Part shown: positions 1 to 9,628 of the stretch, piece by piece
Layout of the letters: every line of letters begins with the position of its first letter
Position numbering within the stretch: position 1 is the first letter of the stretch
DNA from: Thermodesulfobacteriota bacterium
Lineage (GTDB): Bacteria > Desulfobacterota > Desulfobacteria > Desulfobacterales > SURF-7
NCBI GenBank assembly: GCA_049320885.1
Contig: JBMORA010000064.1
Location: forward strand, 96,001-160,000
Length of the DNA stretch: 64,000 nucleotides
Direction: 5' to 3'
Program-made: the position numbers and the translations under genes
The notes under the pieces: model-generated
The model's input: only the letters and a program-made list of their open reading frames with translations
The model's database searches: none
Told to the model about the DNA's origin: nothing

Positions 1-135
1 GATCAGCTGCAATCCGGTTTCCGCCGAGATGGCGGAACGCACAATGAAATTTTCATCTTCGAAGAACGCCACCAGATTCACCCGAATGATGTCGTCGTCA
101 TCGAGAATCAAGACTCTCGGCCAGTCCGCGATCAT
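1..135 (-). CDS. Response regulator receiver protein, N-terminal part (runs off window start)
   Basis: Minus strand from ATG at 135 reads MIADWPRVLILDDDDIIRVNLVAFFEDENFIVRSAISAETGLQLI, a REC N-terminus with acidic pocket. ATGA overlap with the upstream kinase stop. Not in the ORF track. Confidence 0.85.
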   Translation of the reverse strand, partial: MIADWPRVLILDDDDIIRVNLVAFFEDENFIVRSAISAETGLQLI

Positions 136-2753
136 GATGAACTCCCGTTTACTGGAAGGGTAATACTGAATTTGGTGCCGATGGATGGCGTTGATGTCAC
201 CGTCATGGTTCCGCGGTGGTTGTTGTTGATGATAAAATAGGCAACCGACAGCCCCAGGCCGGTTCCGACCCCCACTTCCTTGGTGGTGAAAAAAGGTTCG
301 AACACCCGCTTGCGGATATTTTCATCCATGCCGGGGCCATTGTCTTCCACTTCGATCACCGCCGATTTGCCTTCCAGCCGAAGTCGCAGGATGATTTGCG
401 GCTCCTTGCGGGGGTCGTCCTTTTCCATCATCGCCTGGGCGGCATTTTTCAGCAAGTTTAAAATCACCTGCTCGATTTCCGTCGGTATGCATGGCACTTC
501 GGGTAAATTGCTTGAAAATTCCCGAATGATCCGGATATGTCTGAAATCATATCTTTTCTTTAGATCATAATCATGGGCCGCCAGGGCCAGGGTATTGTCC
601 AGCAACGCATCCAGGCGAGTGGGCATGAATTGGGAATGACTCTGCCGGCTGAAATTGAGCATGTTGGCGATGATATTGGCGGCCCGCTGCCCGGCATCGC
701 GGATACCCTCCAAAAACGAAAAAATTTCTCTCTTTTCCAAATACATGCGGATAAATTGCAGTTCCGTGCCACATTCCCGGGCCGCCTGAACATTTTTCTG
801 AAAATCCGTCGACACCCGGCGATTGATATTCTGGACACTCTGCAATATCCCGCCGATGGGGTTGTTGATTTCATGTGCCATGCCTGCCGCCAGCCCGCCC
901 ACGGATATCATCTTTTCCGTCTGAATCATCATTTCTTCAATCCGGACACGGTTGGTGACATCGTCGATCCGCAGCACAGCCCCCTCTACGCCGTTGGTGA
1001 TCAGCGGATATACCATGACGTCGGAATAATGGGTTTCCCCTTCCACCCAGCTCATCAATTTTTCGGCTTTGTAGGGTTTTTTTTCCCTCATGGTTTTGTA
1101 CACTTCTTCCAGCTGGGTGATCAAGCCCGGATACACAACGTTCAAATGTTTTCCCTTGGCCTGTCCGGCGGGAATTCCCGTGGCCCGCTCCGCCTCCACG
1201 TTCCATTCCGTGACGTTCCCCCCCTGATCCACGCCCACCAGCATGGAGGGCATGGAATTGATGATATTGTTCAGATAATTTTTCGTTTTATTCAGATCGC
1301 TTTCCTTAGCGCGCAGATCGACGACACTGGTCCGCAGATGTCGATTGACGTCTTCCAGTTCAATGGATTTCCGGCCGATTTCCGCACTCATTTGGTTGAA
1401 GGCCGAAGAGAGCGCGCCCAACTCGTCATCCGGGGAATGGATATGGACTTTGTAAGTCATATCGCCTTCGGCAATGGACCTTACGCCATTCATCAGGCTC
1501 TGGAGCGGAATCTTCACCACGCGGTGGATCCCGATGTAAATAAGCAGGACGGTGACCAGCACGGCGAAACCCGTCACCATGCCGATCTGAAAGAAAAGAG
1601 TGCGGGTCAATCCGGTCAGTTCGGATATCGGACTCATGGTGACAACCTGTAAATCAGGTCGATCTTCCTCCATCAGCCGAACCGGTTCGGCGCAGTAATA
1701 ATAATCCTTACCTTCCAGCACCAGGTTTTTTTCCCCAGACAATGGCCTACGGCCTTCGATGAGATTCGTGCTGGCGATCAACAATCTGTTTTTCCAAGCG
1801 AGACCGACGTCCACGCCGAGATCGTTCTTCAGCGATTTCATCACCTCGGCATCCAGGATTTTTTCCACAACCACCAGGGCGCAAGGAGCTGTTTGATCCA
1901 TGAAGGTCTCCGGATTTGACACCAGTACGCTCACCGGGAACCAGGTCCGGATGACCGGCAGCCCTTCTTTTAAGATGATTTTGGAACGCGGCGGGTCATG
2001 GGGCGACCAGGAATCCGTCCGAAGGATCGATTCCGGGACATTGTCAACCGCCGTAAACCGGTTATCCTCATAGAATTTTTCCGGGGGCAGGGCATAGACC
2101 GAACTGATATCAAAATAATCCGGACCCGGGAAAACCAGTTTTTCAAGGGCAATGCGGTAGAATCGGGGCGGGGCTGTGCGTCCCTTGTGATGAAACCGGG
2201 TCACCACCAAGGCCTCGCGGTCCAGATGAATCGTCAAGGCCGGACTGGCGTCGGGGACCATATTGAATGGAGAAACCAGGAAGATACGGATGCTGTTCAA
2301 TGCGTTGACGGTCTGCAGGGAAAGAAGCTGTTTGGAAATCTCCATTTGGGCCTGGAAGGCATAAATGACTTCCGAATCTTCGATGGCCCTGCCCAGCAGG
2401 GATGCATCGGTTGAATAATAGGGACTGTAACTGGTCAACCGCTGCAACTGCTGGACGATGATATAATTGGTTTCCATGCTTTGGACCACCTGGATGGATT
2501 GGGAATTGATTTTGACGATCCGGGCGGCGAGCAGGCTGGCCATGCGTTTCAGGTTGTTGTTGGTGACCAGGGAAAGGTTGTTGAAACTGGTGGCGCCGAC
2601 CACCAGCGAGAGCAGGATCGCATAACAGATAAAGATCAGCAGCACCATGAGCAGGATTTTATTGCCGACTCCCAGACGATTCAGCGGTAAGGGGAAATAC
2701 TTGGGAATGATGGTTTGATCGCTCATACCGTCCATCCATTGGCGGCGGGCCAT
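132..2753 (-). CDS. Membrane sensor histidine kinase (periplasmic domain, HAMP, PAS, HisKA, HATPase)
   Basis: Two TM segments, HAMP (DDELGALSSAFNQM), PAS, H-box AGMAHEINNP, N-box NLLKNA, G-boxes DNGPGM and GTGLGL. Confidence 0.95.
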   Translation of the reverse strand: MARRQWMDGMSDQTIIPKYFPLPLNRLGVGNKILLMVLLIFICYAILLSLVVGATSFNNLSLVTNNNLKRMASLLAARIVKINSQSIQVVQSMETNYIIVQQLQRLTSYSPYYSTDASLLGRAIEDSEVIYAFQAQMEISKQLLSLQTVNALNSIRIFLVSPFNMVPDASPALTIHLDREALVVTRFHHKGRTAPPRFYRIALEKLVFPGPDYFDISSVYALPPEKFYEDNRFTAVDNVPESILRTDSWSPHDPPRSKIILKEGLPVIRTWFPVSVLVSNPETFMDQTAPCALVVVEKILDAEVMKSLKNDLGVDVGLAWKNRLLIASTNLIEGRRPLSGEKNLVLEGKDYYYCAEPVRLMEEDRPDLQVVTMSPISELTGLTRTLFFQIGMVTGFAVLVTVLLIYIGIHRVVKIPLQSLMNGVRSIAEGDMTYKVHIHSPDDELGALSSAFNQMSAEIGRKSIELEDVNRHLRTSVVDLRAKESDLNKTKNYLNNIINSMPSMLVGVDQGGNVTEWNVEAERATGIPAGQAKGKHLNVVYPGLITQLEEVYKTMREKKPYKAEKLMSWVEGETHYSDVMVYPLITNGVEGAVLRIDDVTNRVRIEEMMIQTEKMISVGGLAAGMAHEINNPIGGILQSVQNINRRVSTDFQKNVQAARECGTELQFIRMYLEKREIFSFLEGIRDAGQRAANIIANMLNFSRQSHSQFMPTRLDALLDNTLALAAHDYDLKKRYDFRHIRIIREFSSNLPEVPCIPTEIEQVILNLLKNAAQAMMEKDDPRKEPQIILRLRLEGKSAVIEVEDNGPGMDENIRKRVFEPFFTTKEVGVGTGLGLSVAYFIINNNHRGTMTVTSTPSIGTKFSITLPVNGSSS

Positions 2754-2868
2754 CGCCCGTCCTCATGTCTCAGCCGCGTTTGAAGCTCCTGAATCCGGAC
2801 ATCGGCGATATCCGCAGGCGTGTTCAGCGGCCGTATCCGCCCATAACCGGCATCCACCGGATACTGTT

Positions 2869-4614
2869 TTACCGGGAGCGCCATTGTTTGATCAATTCGT
2901 CATAGTCGACGGTTTTCGGTTTGGATTTGGGGCGCGGCGGCTTGGGGGCGCCGGGCTGGTTCAGCCAGTATTCTTCGCTTTTCACCGGATTGAGTTTGGG
3001 CGAATATCTGGCCAGACGCATTTTATCCATGATTCTGTCCTGGCTTTCGGCAATGGTGTTCATGGCTTCCTGGGGTGTCAATTCGCCACTGATGGCCTTG
3101 GCGATATTGGGCCACCAGACAGCGGAAAGAGCCGGATAATGGGGAACATTGAGCCCCGTTCCCGTCCACTTCTTTTCTTCCGGCGATCGATAAAAATCAA
3201 TCAGGCCGCCCCATTTGTCCTTGATCGGATCCAAATGCGTTGAAAAAACCGTCGATTTGCGCACCGGCGTGCCGCCCACCAGGAATTTTTTCAGCGAAAC
3301 CGTTTTGGAAACGCAGAACTGGGCCCACAGCCACGCCATGGCCCTGCGTTGCCCCTGGACATTTTTGGGGATGGTCCAACTGCCGGCGTCCTGGTAGCCC
3401 ACCTTCATGCCCTCATCCCAGTACCTTCCATGGGGCGTCGGCGCCACCCGCCACAGGGGACGGCCCGCTGCATCCACCACCGGGCTTCCGGGACGATGGA
3501 AGTCCTCATGGGACAGCCAGGTGATGTATTGGAAAACAACTTGAGCGATGTCGCCTCGGGCGGCTTTGGGTCCCGCATCCACCCATAACCAGTTTTTGGC
3601 TTCCGGCGGAGCATATTTGTTCAGCCAGAGGATATATTTTTCCAATGCATAGACCGCCGCCGGTCCGTTCAACTCTCCTCCCCGGGACACCGAAGAGCCC
3701 ACCGGTATCCTATTTTCCACCCGGATACCCCATTCATCCACCGGCAAACCATTGGGCAGCCCCTTGTCGCCCACCCCGGCAATGGAAAGCCAGGCATCGG
3801 TGAAGCGCCAGCCAAGGGATGGGGATTTTTTCCCATAGTCCAGGTGACCGTAAACCTTTTTTCCGTCGATCTCCAATCCCGTGAAAAACTCGGCGATATC
3901 CTCATAGGCCGCCCAATTCACCGGCACGCCCAGATCATATCCGTAGCGATTCCTGAACTGCCGTCGAATATCCTCGCGGGTAAACCAGTCATACCGGAAC
4001 CAATAGAGATTCGCAAACTGCTGATCCGGCAGTTGCAGTTGATTGCCGTCATAGTCCTGGCCGAATTCGAGGTTCAGAAAATCGTCCAAATCCAAGTAAG
4101 GATTGGTATAGGGTCTGCCTTCACCCTGCATATATTCCGTCAGATTCAAGATCGCCTGACTACGTAAATGGGTTCCCACCAGGTCGGCATCATTGACATA
4201 AATGTCATAGATGACGCGCCCGGTCTTGATCTGTTCCATGATGCGCTGAACCAGCGATCCCTCGCCGATAATATCATGGATGACGCGGATACCGGTAATT
4301 TCCTCGAATGCCCTGGCAAGTACATCCCTTTCCCAGAAATGGGTTTTAATATCTTCCGCCGTGGAACGGATCACTTTGCCCCGGAAGGGTTCCGCCGCCC
4401 TGGAAAACCAAAGCAGTTCTTCCTGTTGGGCTTTTTGGGAAAGGGCCGACGGCTGGAATTCGTCCACCCATTTCCGAATACGGTTATCCATGGAGGATTC
4501 GTCAGATGAAGCGACATCCGTGAAGAGCGCCATCAGACAGAAAGACAACGAATAGAAAATGAAGGCACTGGAAGCCTGGGATAGACGGTCAGATCTCATC
4601 ATCCCTCCCGCCAT
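2869..4614 (-). CDS. Periplasmic ABC-type substrate-binding protein, GlpV (glycerol-binding)-like
   Basis: Signal peptide. Motifs EFQPSALS, QLPDQQFANLYWFRYDWF, LGWRFTDAWLS, KVGYQDAGSWT, WLWAQF resemble the rhizobial glycerol SBP family. No permease or ATPase genes nearby. Confidence 0.8.
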   Translation of the reverse strand: MAGGMMRSDRLSQASSAFIFYSLSFCLMALFTDVASSDESSMDNRIRKWVDEFQPSALSQKAQQEELLWFSRAAEPFRGKVIRSTAEDIKTHFWERDVLARAFEEITGIRVIHDIIGEGSLVQRIMEQIKTGRVIYDIYVNDADLVGTHLRSQAILNLTEYMQGEGRPYTNPYLDLDDFLNLEFGQDYDGNQLQLPDQQFANLYWFRYDWFTREDIRRQFRNRYGYDLGVPVNWAAYEDIAEFFTGLEIDGKKVYGHLDYGKKSPSLGWRFTDAWLSIAGVGDKGLPNGLPVDEWGIRVENRIPVGSSVSRGGELNGPAAVYALEKYILWLNKYAPPEAKNWLWVDAGPKAARGDIAQVVFQYITWLSHEDFHRPGSPVVDAAGRPLWRVAPTPHGRYWDEGMKVGYQDAGSWTIPKNVQGQRRAMAWLWAQFCVSKTVSLKKFLVGGTPVRKSTVFSTHLDPIKDKWGGLIDFYRSPEEKKWTGTGLNVPHYPALSAVWWPNIAKAISGELTPQEAMNTIAESQDRIMDKMRLARYSPKLNPVKSEEYWLNQPGAPKPPRPKSKPKTVDYDELIKQWRSR

Positions 4615-4888
4615 GACAGGAAAAAAGGGGCCGATATGGAAGAATAACAGGACTTAGATAGAAATATCGTCAATATTTAGCATGTTAACAGAAACCTAGG
4701 GGAATTGCAACCCAAAGAATGGGGTCAGCCGGGGAAGCCGACACCATGAAGGTCGCTGCCGAATCCAGCAGGAGAAGGGGCGGGCGGCAAGAGAGGTGGC
4801 CGGGAGCGGAACCCATTTCCGCGGGCCACACCGGCCCGGATGCATCCTGCCCCTGCCGCTCTGATACAATACCTCGGCGGTGATGTAT

Positions 4889-5179
4889 TCAGTCTATCTG
4901 GATGCGGCTGTTGGTCGTGCCGAACGCATTTTCGCAGCAATCGTCATTTGCCGGATCGTTCTTCCACTGGCCGTCCACCAGAAATTTGTATTCATAAAGC
5001 CCCGGCATCAGCATCACGGTTTTTTTCCATAAACCGCTACTGTCTTTTTTCATGGCATGGGCGGTTTCATTCCACTGGTTGAAATCTCCCACCAGATATA
5101 CTTCGTTGGCATCCTGGGCCTGATAGACAAAATTGACTCGGCGTTTTGGTTCCGGGTTGTTTTTGGTTTTCGCTGCCAT
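4889..5179 (-). CDS. Stand-alone glycogen-binding (CBM48/AMPK-beta-like, isoamylase early-set) domain protein
   Basis: VYLVGDFNQW...GLYEYKFLVDGQW.NDP...NAFGTTNS. Start moved to ATG at 5179 after RBS GGAGGG. Confidence 0.88.
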   Translation of the reverse strand: MAAKTKNNPEPKRRVNFVYQAQDANEVYLVGDFNQWNETAHAMKKDSSGLWKKTVMLMPGLYEYKFLVDGQWKNDPANDDCCENAFGTTNSRIQID

Positions 5180-5309
5180 GTTGTCCCTCCTGTCGCAAAT
5201 CAATCGAGCCGATCCGATATATCGTCCCGGCATTCCGGCAACCTTCTCCCCAACGGGAGGAGGAATCCATGAACCCTCCACCTGACCGGTGCTTCATCGA
5301 TGAAAGCCA

Positions 5310-5325
5310 AGCAAATTGGGTGCCA
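5310..5325 (-). promoter_or_regulatory. Sigma54 -24/-12 promoter for the CBM48 gene
   Basis: Minus strand TGGCACCCAATTTGCT matches the consensus TGGCAC-N5-TTGCW. Confidence 0.8.
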
Positions 5326-5768
5326 GTTTAAAAGATCGTTTGGTGGAAAAAAGAAACCGCAAACGAGGTTCGTGCATTCTGGTTGACCGGTCAGGAAATA
5401 CCAACGCTGCCGCTTGTTTTTACCTCATCCGCGGCATCAATGCACATGCGTGTCGTTGTATATGCCTGTCGCTTTTTTTTACGACTTGTAAAAAATGAAT
5501 GGTGCTGAAGATGGTCCCTTCATAGGGCTTGGATGCGTTTTTGTCAAGGATAATCGCTTCATGGGCGGGAATGCCGGATGCATGTCCGTTGAAAAATGAA
5601 GTGCCCGATGGAAACCGGCCGGCGAAATCAGAAGGACGCATGCGCAATCGGAATTGTGCCCGGCAGCGCCGCATGGTATAAAAAGAAAAGTCCGGCCCGA
5701 AAAACCGGCCGGATATCCGGCAGCGGCGACTCTTTCTTGATCGTGACCCAAGGTGAAAGGAGAAGGCT

Positions 5769-6890
5769 GTGGATTCCATCATTCCCGATTACATTCCACC
5801 TGATTTTTCCATTCCGTCCCTTTCCAGGGCGCCAGCCGTTCGCGTATCCCCGGCCCCCATGGATGGCGTGGCGCCGGATAATTATCATGGAACGTCCAAC
5901 CATCCCGAATATGTTCATCTGGGGCAAGGAAAATGGATGCTGGCCCGGGAAAACCGCATGGACTGCACCATGGTGCTCCGGGGCGAGCGGATTGAAGTGA
6001 TGGAAGCCCGGCGGTTGAAAAAAGGGGATCCGGTGGTGATCGGCAGAAGTGAAAACGGCGAGGAGGGCATCCTGGTATATACTGCCGGTTTCGACCCATC
6101 CGGCGGTTCCGTTGACGATAAATTCTCCTTTCGCACCCGCGGCACAAGGGAAACCCCGTTCTCCAGAAGCTATGACCAATTATATGAAATTCTCCGTCAT
6201 GATCGCCGCAAGGGGTTTATCGTCTGGGTGCTCGGCCCGGCGGTGGCCTTTGACAAGGACAGCCGTGACGCCATGCAGGCGATGATCGAGAACGGCTACT
6301 GCCATGCCTTGCTGGCCGGCAATGCCCTGGCCACCCACGACCTGGAAGCCGCCTGTTTCAACACCGGTCTGGGCCAGAATATTTATACCCAGGCCCTGCA
6401 ACCGCTGGGTCATTACAACCATCTCGATATTCTGAACATGATCAGGCGGGCCGGCTCGATCCGGAAGGCCCTGGACATCCTGAAATTGGAGAACGGCATC
6501 ATCCATGCCTGCGAAAAATACGGGATCCCCTATGTGCTGGCAGGCTCCATCCGGGATGACGGGCCTTTGCCGGAAGTCATCGCCGATGTCTACAAGGCCC
6601 AGGATCAGATGCGGCAGTATGCCCGCAAGGCGACCACGGTCATCACCCTGGCAACCCAGCTTCATTCCATCGCCTTCGGCAACATGACTCCCAGCTATCA
6701 TGTCCGGGAGGACGGTTCCGTCCGCCCGGTTTTCTTTTATATCGTCGATATGACGGAATTCAGCGCTGACAAGTTGGCCAATCGCGGATCGGCCCAGGCC
6801 GTGCCGATCCTCACCAATGTCCAGGATTTCATGATCAACCTGTGGAACAACCTGGCCAAAGCCGGCAGAAAGCAGGGGGACCATGCGTAA
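5769..6890 (+). CDS. Ornithine cyclodeaminase of the TIGR00300/MJ1480 type (ArgZ/AgrE C-terminal, LOR/SDH-conserved region)
   Basis: Motifs APMDGVAPDNYHGTSNHPEY, AGNALATHDLE, LAGSIRDDGPLP, KLANRGS. GTG start with RBS AAGGAG. Overlaps arginase. Confidence 0.75.
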   Translation: MDSIIPDYIPPDFSIPSLSRAPAVRVSPAPMDGVAPDNYHGTSNHPEYVHLGQGKWMLARENRMDCTMVLRGERIEVMEARRLKKGDPVVIGRSENGEEGILVYTAGFDPSGGSVDDKFSFRTRGTRETPFSRSYDQLYEILRHDRRKGFIVWVLGPAVAFDKDSRDAMQAMIENGYCHALLAGNALATHDLEAACFNTGLGQNIYTQALQPLGHYNHLDILNMIRRAGSIRKALDILKLENGIIHACEKYGIPYVLAGSIRDDGPLPEVIADVYKAQDQMRQYARKATTVITLATQLHSIAFGNMTPSYHVREDGSVRPVFFYIVDMTEFSADKLANRGSAQAVPILTNVQDFMINLWNNLAKAGRKQGDHA

Positions 6891-7764
6891 ATGCATTCGG
6901 ATTATCGGCGTTCCCATGGATCTGGGCCAGGCGCAGCGGGGGGTGGATGTGGGGCCGAGCGCCATCCGCTATGCCGGATTGGCGCACCGGTTGGGTCATC
7001 TGGGGTATGAGATCAGCGATGCCGGAAATATCGAGGTGCCGGTGCGCAACGCCCTGCAGCACGACCACCTGGTGCCGGCGATCCACCAGGCCTGCGAGGC
7101 GGCCTACAGCGCTGGCCGAATCGCCGTGGAGGCAGGTTGCCATCCGGTTTTTCTAGGGGGCGACCATGCCATCTCCATCGGAACCGTCGGGGGGGTCACC
7201 CATGGGGAGAAGGCGGGCGTCATCTGGATCGACGCCCATGGCGATTTCAATACCGCGGAAACCTCTTCAACCGGCAATATCCATGGCATGGCCCTGGCGC
7301 ATCTGACGGGTCGGGGCCTGAAGAAACTGGTGGACGTCGGCCGTCCGGGTCCGAAAGTGAGCGACAAGGATATCGCCCTCATCGGTGTCCGCGATCTCGA
7401 TGAAAAGGAACGGGAGATACTCAAGGGCAGCGGGATCCACATTTTCACCATGCGCGATATCGATGAACAGGGGATCAGCCGCATTGCCCACGAGGCGTTG
7501 AAAAGGCTCAAACACCGGAAGCGTATCCATGTCAGCCTGGACATGGACAGCCTGGATCCCATGGAAGCCACCGGTGTCGGCACGCCCGTCCCCGGCGGCC
7601 TGACTTACCGGGAGGCCCATCTGCTCATGGAAATCATCGCCGATTCCCGGCGTCTCTGTTCCCTGGACATCGTGGAGATCAATCCCATCATCGACAGCCG
7701 CAACAAGACGGCCAAAATCGCCGTGGATCTGGCGGTATCCTTGTTCGGCAAAAGCATTCTATAG
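6883..7764 (+). CDS. rocF: Arginase
   Basis: GGDHAIS, DAHGDFN, SSTGNIHGM, SLDMDSLDP, GTPVPGG, VEINP ureohydrolase Mn-binding motifs. Confidence 0.93.
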   Translation: MRKCIRIIGVPMDLGQAQRGVDVGPSAIRYAGLAHRLGHLGYEISDAGNIEVPVRNALQHDHLVPAIHQACEAAYSAGRIAVEAGCHPVFLGGDHAISIGTVGGVTHGEKAGVIWIDAHGDFNTAETSSTGNIHGMALAHLTGRGLKKLVDVGRPGPKVSDKDIALIGVRDLDEKEREILKGSGIHIFTMRDIDEQGISRIAHEALKRLKHRKRIHVSLDMDSLDPMEATGVGTPVPGGLTYREAHLLMEIIADSRRLCSLDIVEINPIIDSRNKTAKIAVDLAVSLFGKSIL

Positions 7765-7909
7765 CTTGGTGCCGGTTGCATCAATCGACCCGGAAATAAC
7801 GGAAAAACTGGATGCCATTGTCGTAACCGCGGAAAGAGCCAAACCCAGGGTGACCTGACGTAAGGGTTCCTGGTAAGGGTGCCGCAGCCGGTTCTTCCTG
7901 TCGGACCGT

Positions 7910-9628
7910 TCAACTCGCTTTGGAAAACGAGCGTTCATACGACCAGTCGTCCCAGACCTTCTCAATGATTTTCATCAACAGCGGTGTGATGATTTCGTCC
8001 GCTTTTTTCCCGTACAACAGATCCAGGTGATTGGCACCCTCGATGACAAAATCGATCAGCTGGCTTTTTTCCGAACTGATCCGTACTTTTTTCAGGTCGC
8101 TGGGGGATGAGAGATGATAGCGTCTTTTTATCCGGTGGGGATAGTACTGGCTGTAACGAAGGTTCTGGGTCGAGGCGAGATGGTCGTTCGTGCCCCAGAA
8201 ATGGAATACGGGTATATCTTCCGGGAACCAGCCGAGGGATTCCGAATAATTCAGCCGGCTCTCGTCCATGCGCTTGAACCCCTTGCCGTCATAGATCGCC
8301 TTCAGGCACTGAAAACCCAGTCCCAGCGGAATGGACTGGGTGGCGGTTTTCAGGTAGCGCTCGACGAAATACTTGTCGTTTTTATGATTTTCAGGGGAAA
8401 TCAGGAAATTCAGTTCGCCGATATTGTGGTTGGAAAGAAAACGGATGATCTGCTTCAGCATGGGCAGTTCCGTCAAGACTTTGGAAATTTCCTGGACCGG
8501 CACCTGCTGGAAACGGAAAATGCGGGACAAATGATTCAGCCACAGGGCCGTGGGGAAAAACAGATGGGATTTTTTTTCGAAAAATTTGGGCGAGCCCAGG
8601 GAAACGATGCCCCGGACCATCTTCAGATACTGGCTGGCTTCCGCGGCCGGGGGCAGGATCTGGTTCAATATTTCCTTCTGGTGGTTGTCGAAGAGTTGAA
8701 TATCGTCCAGGTAGCGGCGCAGGGACCAGTTCAGCACCATATACTCGGAAACCAGTCCGCCCATGCTGTGTCCCACCAGGAAGGTCGGCTTGCCGTAGCT
8801 CCGGCTGTTTAAAAACCGGACCACGGTCGCCAGGTCGAAATCGATCAGGGTGTCGACGGTATACAGGGGGTCGAAACGCCCCTCGTTGACGCCCACGCCT
8901 CTGGGGTCGAAAAGATATACCCAGCAGCCTTTATCCGCCAGATCCTTGGCAAGGGAATAACGGTTGTTGATGTTGAAGCAATTGCTGTTGTTGGCGAATC
9001 CGGGCACCAGAACCACCGCCGGATGGTTGTCGCCGGCCGTCACCGCCTCCATGCTCACCAGGCGGCGAAAGGCGATTTCCTTGCCTTCATCCGTGAAATC
9101 ACGATAATACACCGTTTCATAATCCCCGCGGCCGTTCCGGCTGGCTTCCTCGATCTTGCTTTCGAAGTAGATCGGAACCGAATCGGAGCGCAACGATTCT
9201 TTCAGAATCCGGCGGCGGCGGGCGACGTTGAGAATGGTGGGGATTTGTTTCTTGGGGATATTGAACCGCTTCAGCGATAAATACGCCAGATCCTTTTCGG
9301 AAAGCAGGATGACGTTTTCGGTCAAACGCAGCCTGCCTTTCTCCAGTTCGTCGACGACCACCAGTTTGATCTCATCCCGCTGAATCCGGACTCCGGTGGC
9401 GTTCAGGAACATGTGGTACAACGCCAGGGCCAGCTTGCCCACGGCGTCGGTGCGGATTTCCTCCTGGCTGACGATCAGTTCCTTTGAAACCGGCAAGCCC
9501 ATGTTGATCTGGCCCTTATAGAATTTGCTATAGGCATTGTAGCCGGAATTGATCAACAGCGTCGGTATGTCGTTGACGACGCAGCGGGTGAATGAACCGC
9601 CCAGCTTATTCAACTTCTTGAAAATCAT
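7910..9628 (-). CDS. Alpha/beta-fold serine hydrolase (lipase/esterase-like) with N-terminal extension
   Basis: Oxyanion VLVPGF, nucleophile GHSMGG, candidate Asp GTNDHL and His ANHLDL. ATGA overlap with the upstream reductase. Confidence 0.8.
   Translation of the reverse strand: MIFKKLNKLGGSFTRCVVNDIPTLLINSGYNAYSKFYKGQINMGLPVSKELIVSQEEIRTDAVGKLALALYHMFLNATGVRIQRDEIKLVVVDELEKGRLRLTENVILLSEKDLAYLSLKRFNIPKKQIPTILNVARRRRILKESLRSDSVPIYFESKIEEASRNGRGDYETVYYRDFTDEGKEIAFRRLVSMEAVTAGDNHPAVVLVPGFANNSNCFNINNRYSLAKDLADKGCWVYLFDPRGVGVNEGRFDPLYTVDTLIDFDLATVVRFLNSRSYGKPTFLVGHSMGGLVSEYMVLNWSLRRYLDDIQLFDNHQKEILNQILPPAAEASQYLKMVRGIVSLGSPKFFEKKSHLFFPTALWLNHLSRIFRFQQVPVQEISKVLTELPMLKQIIRFLSNHNIGELNFLISPENHKNDKYFVERYLKTATQSIPLGLGFQCLKAIYDGKGFKRMDESRLNYSESLGWFPEDIPVFHFWGTNDHLASTQNLRYSQYYPHRIKRRYHLSSPSDLKKVRISSEKSQLIDFVIEGANHLDLLYGKKADEIITPLLMKIIEKVWDDWSYERSFSKAS

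Noticed and set aside
5681..5765. GAAAAGTCCGG and AAGGTGAAAGG words reminiscent of RNase P RNA
   Set aside because: Far too short and lacking the other conserved regions. The second word is the RBS region of the downstream gene.
7910..9628. PHA synthase (PhaC) call suggested by neighbouring phasin/PhaR genes
   Set aside because: The nucleophile elbow is GHSMGG (Ser), not the PhaC GxCxGG.
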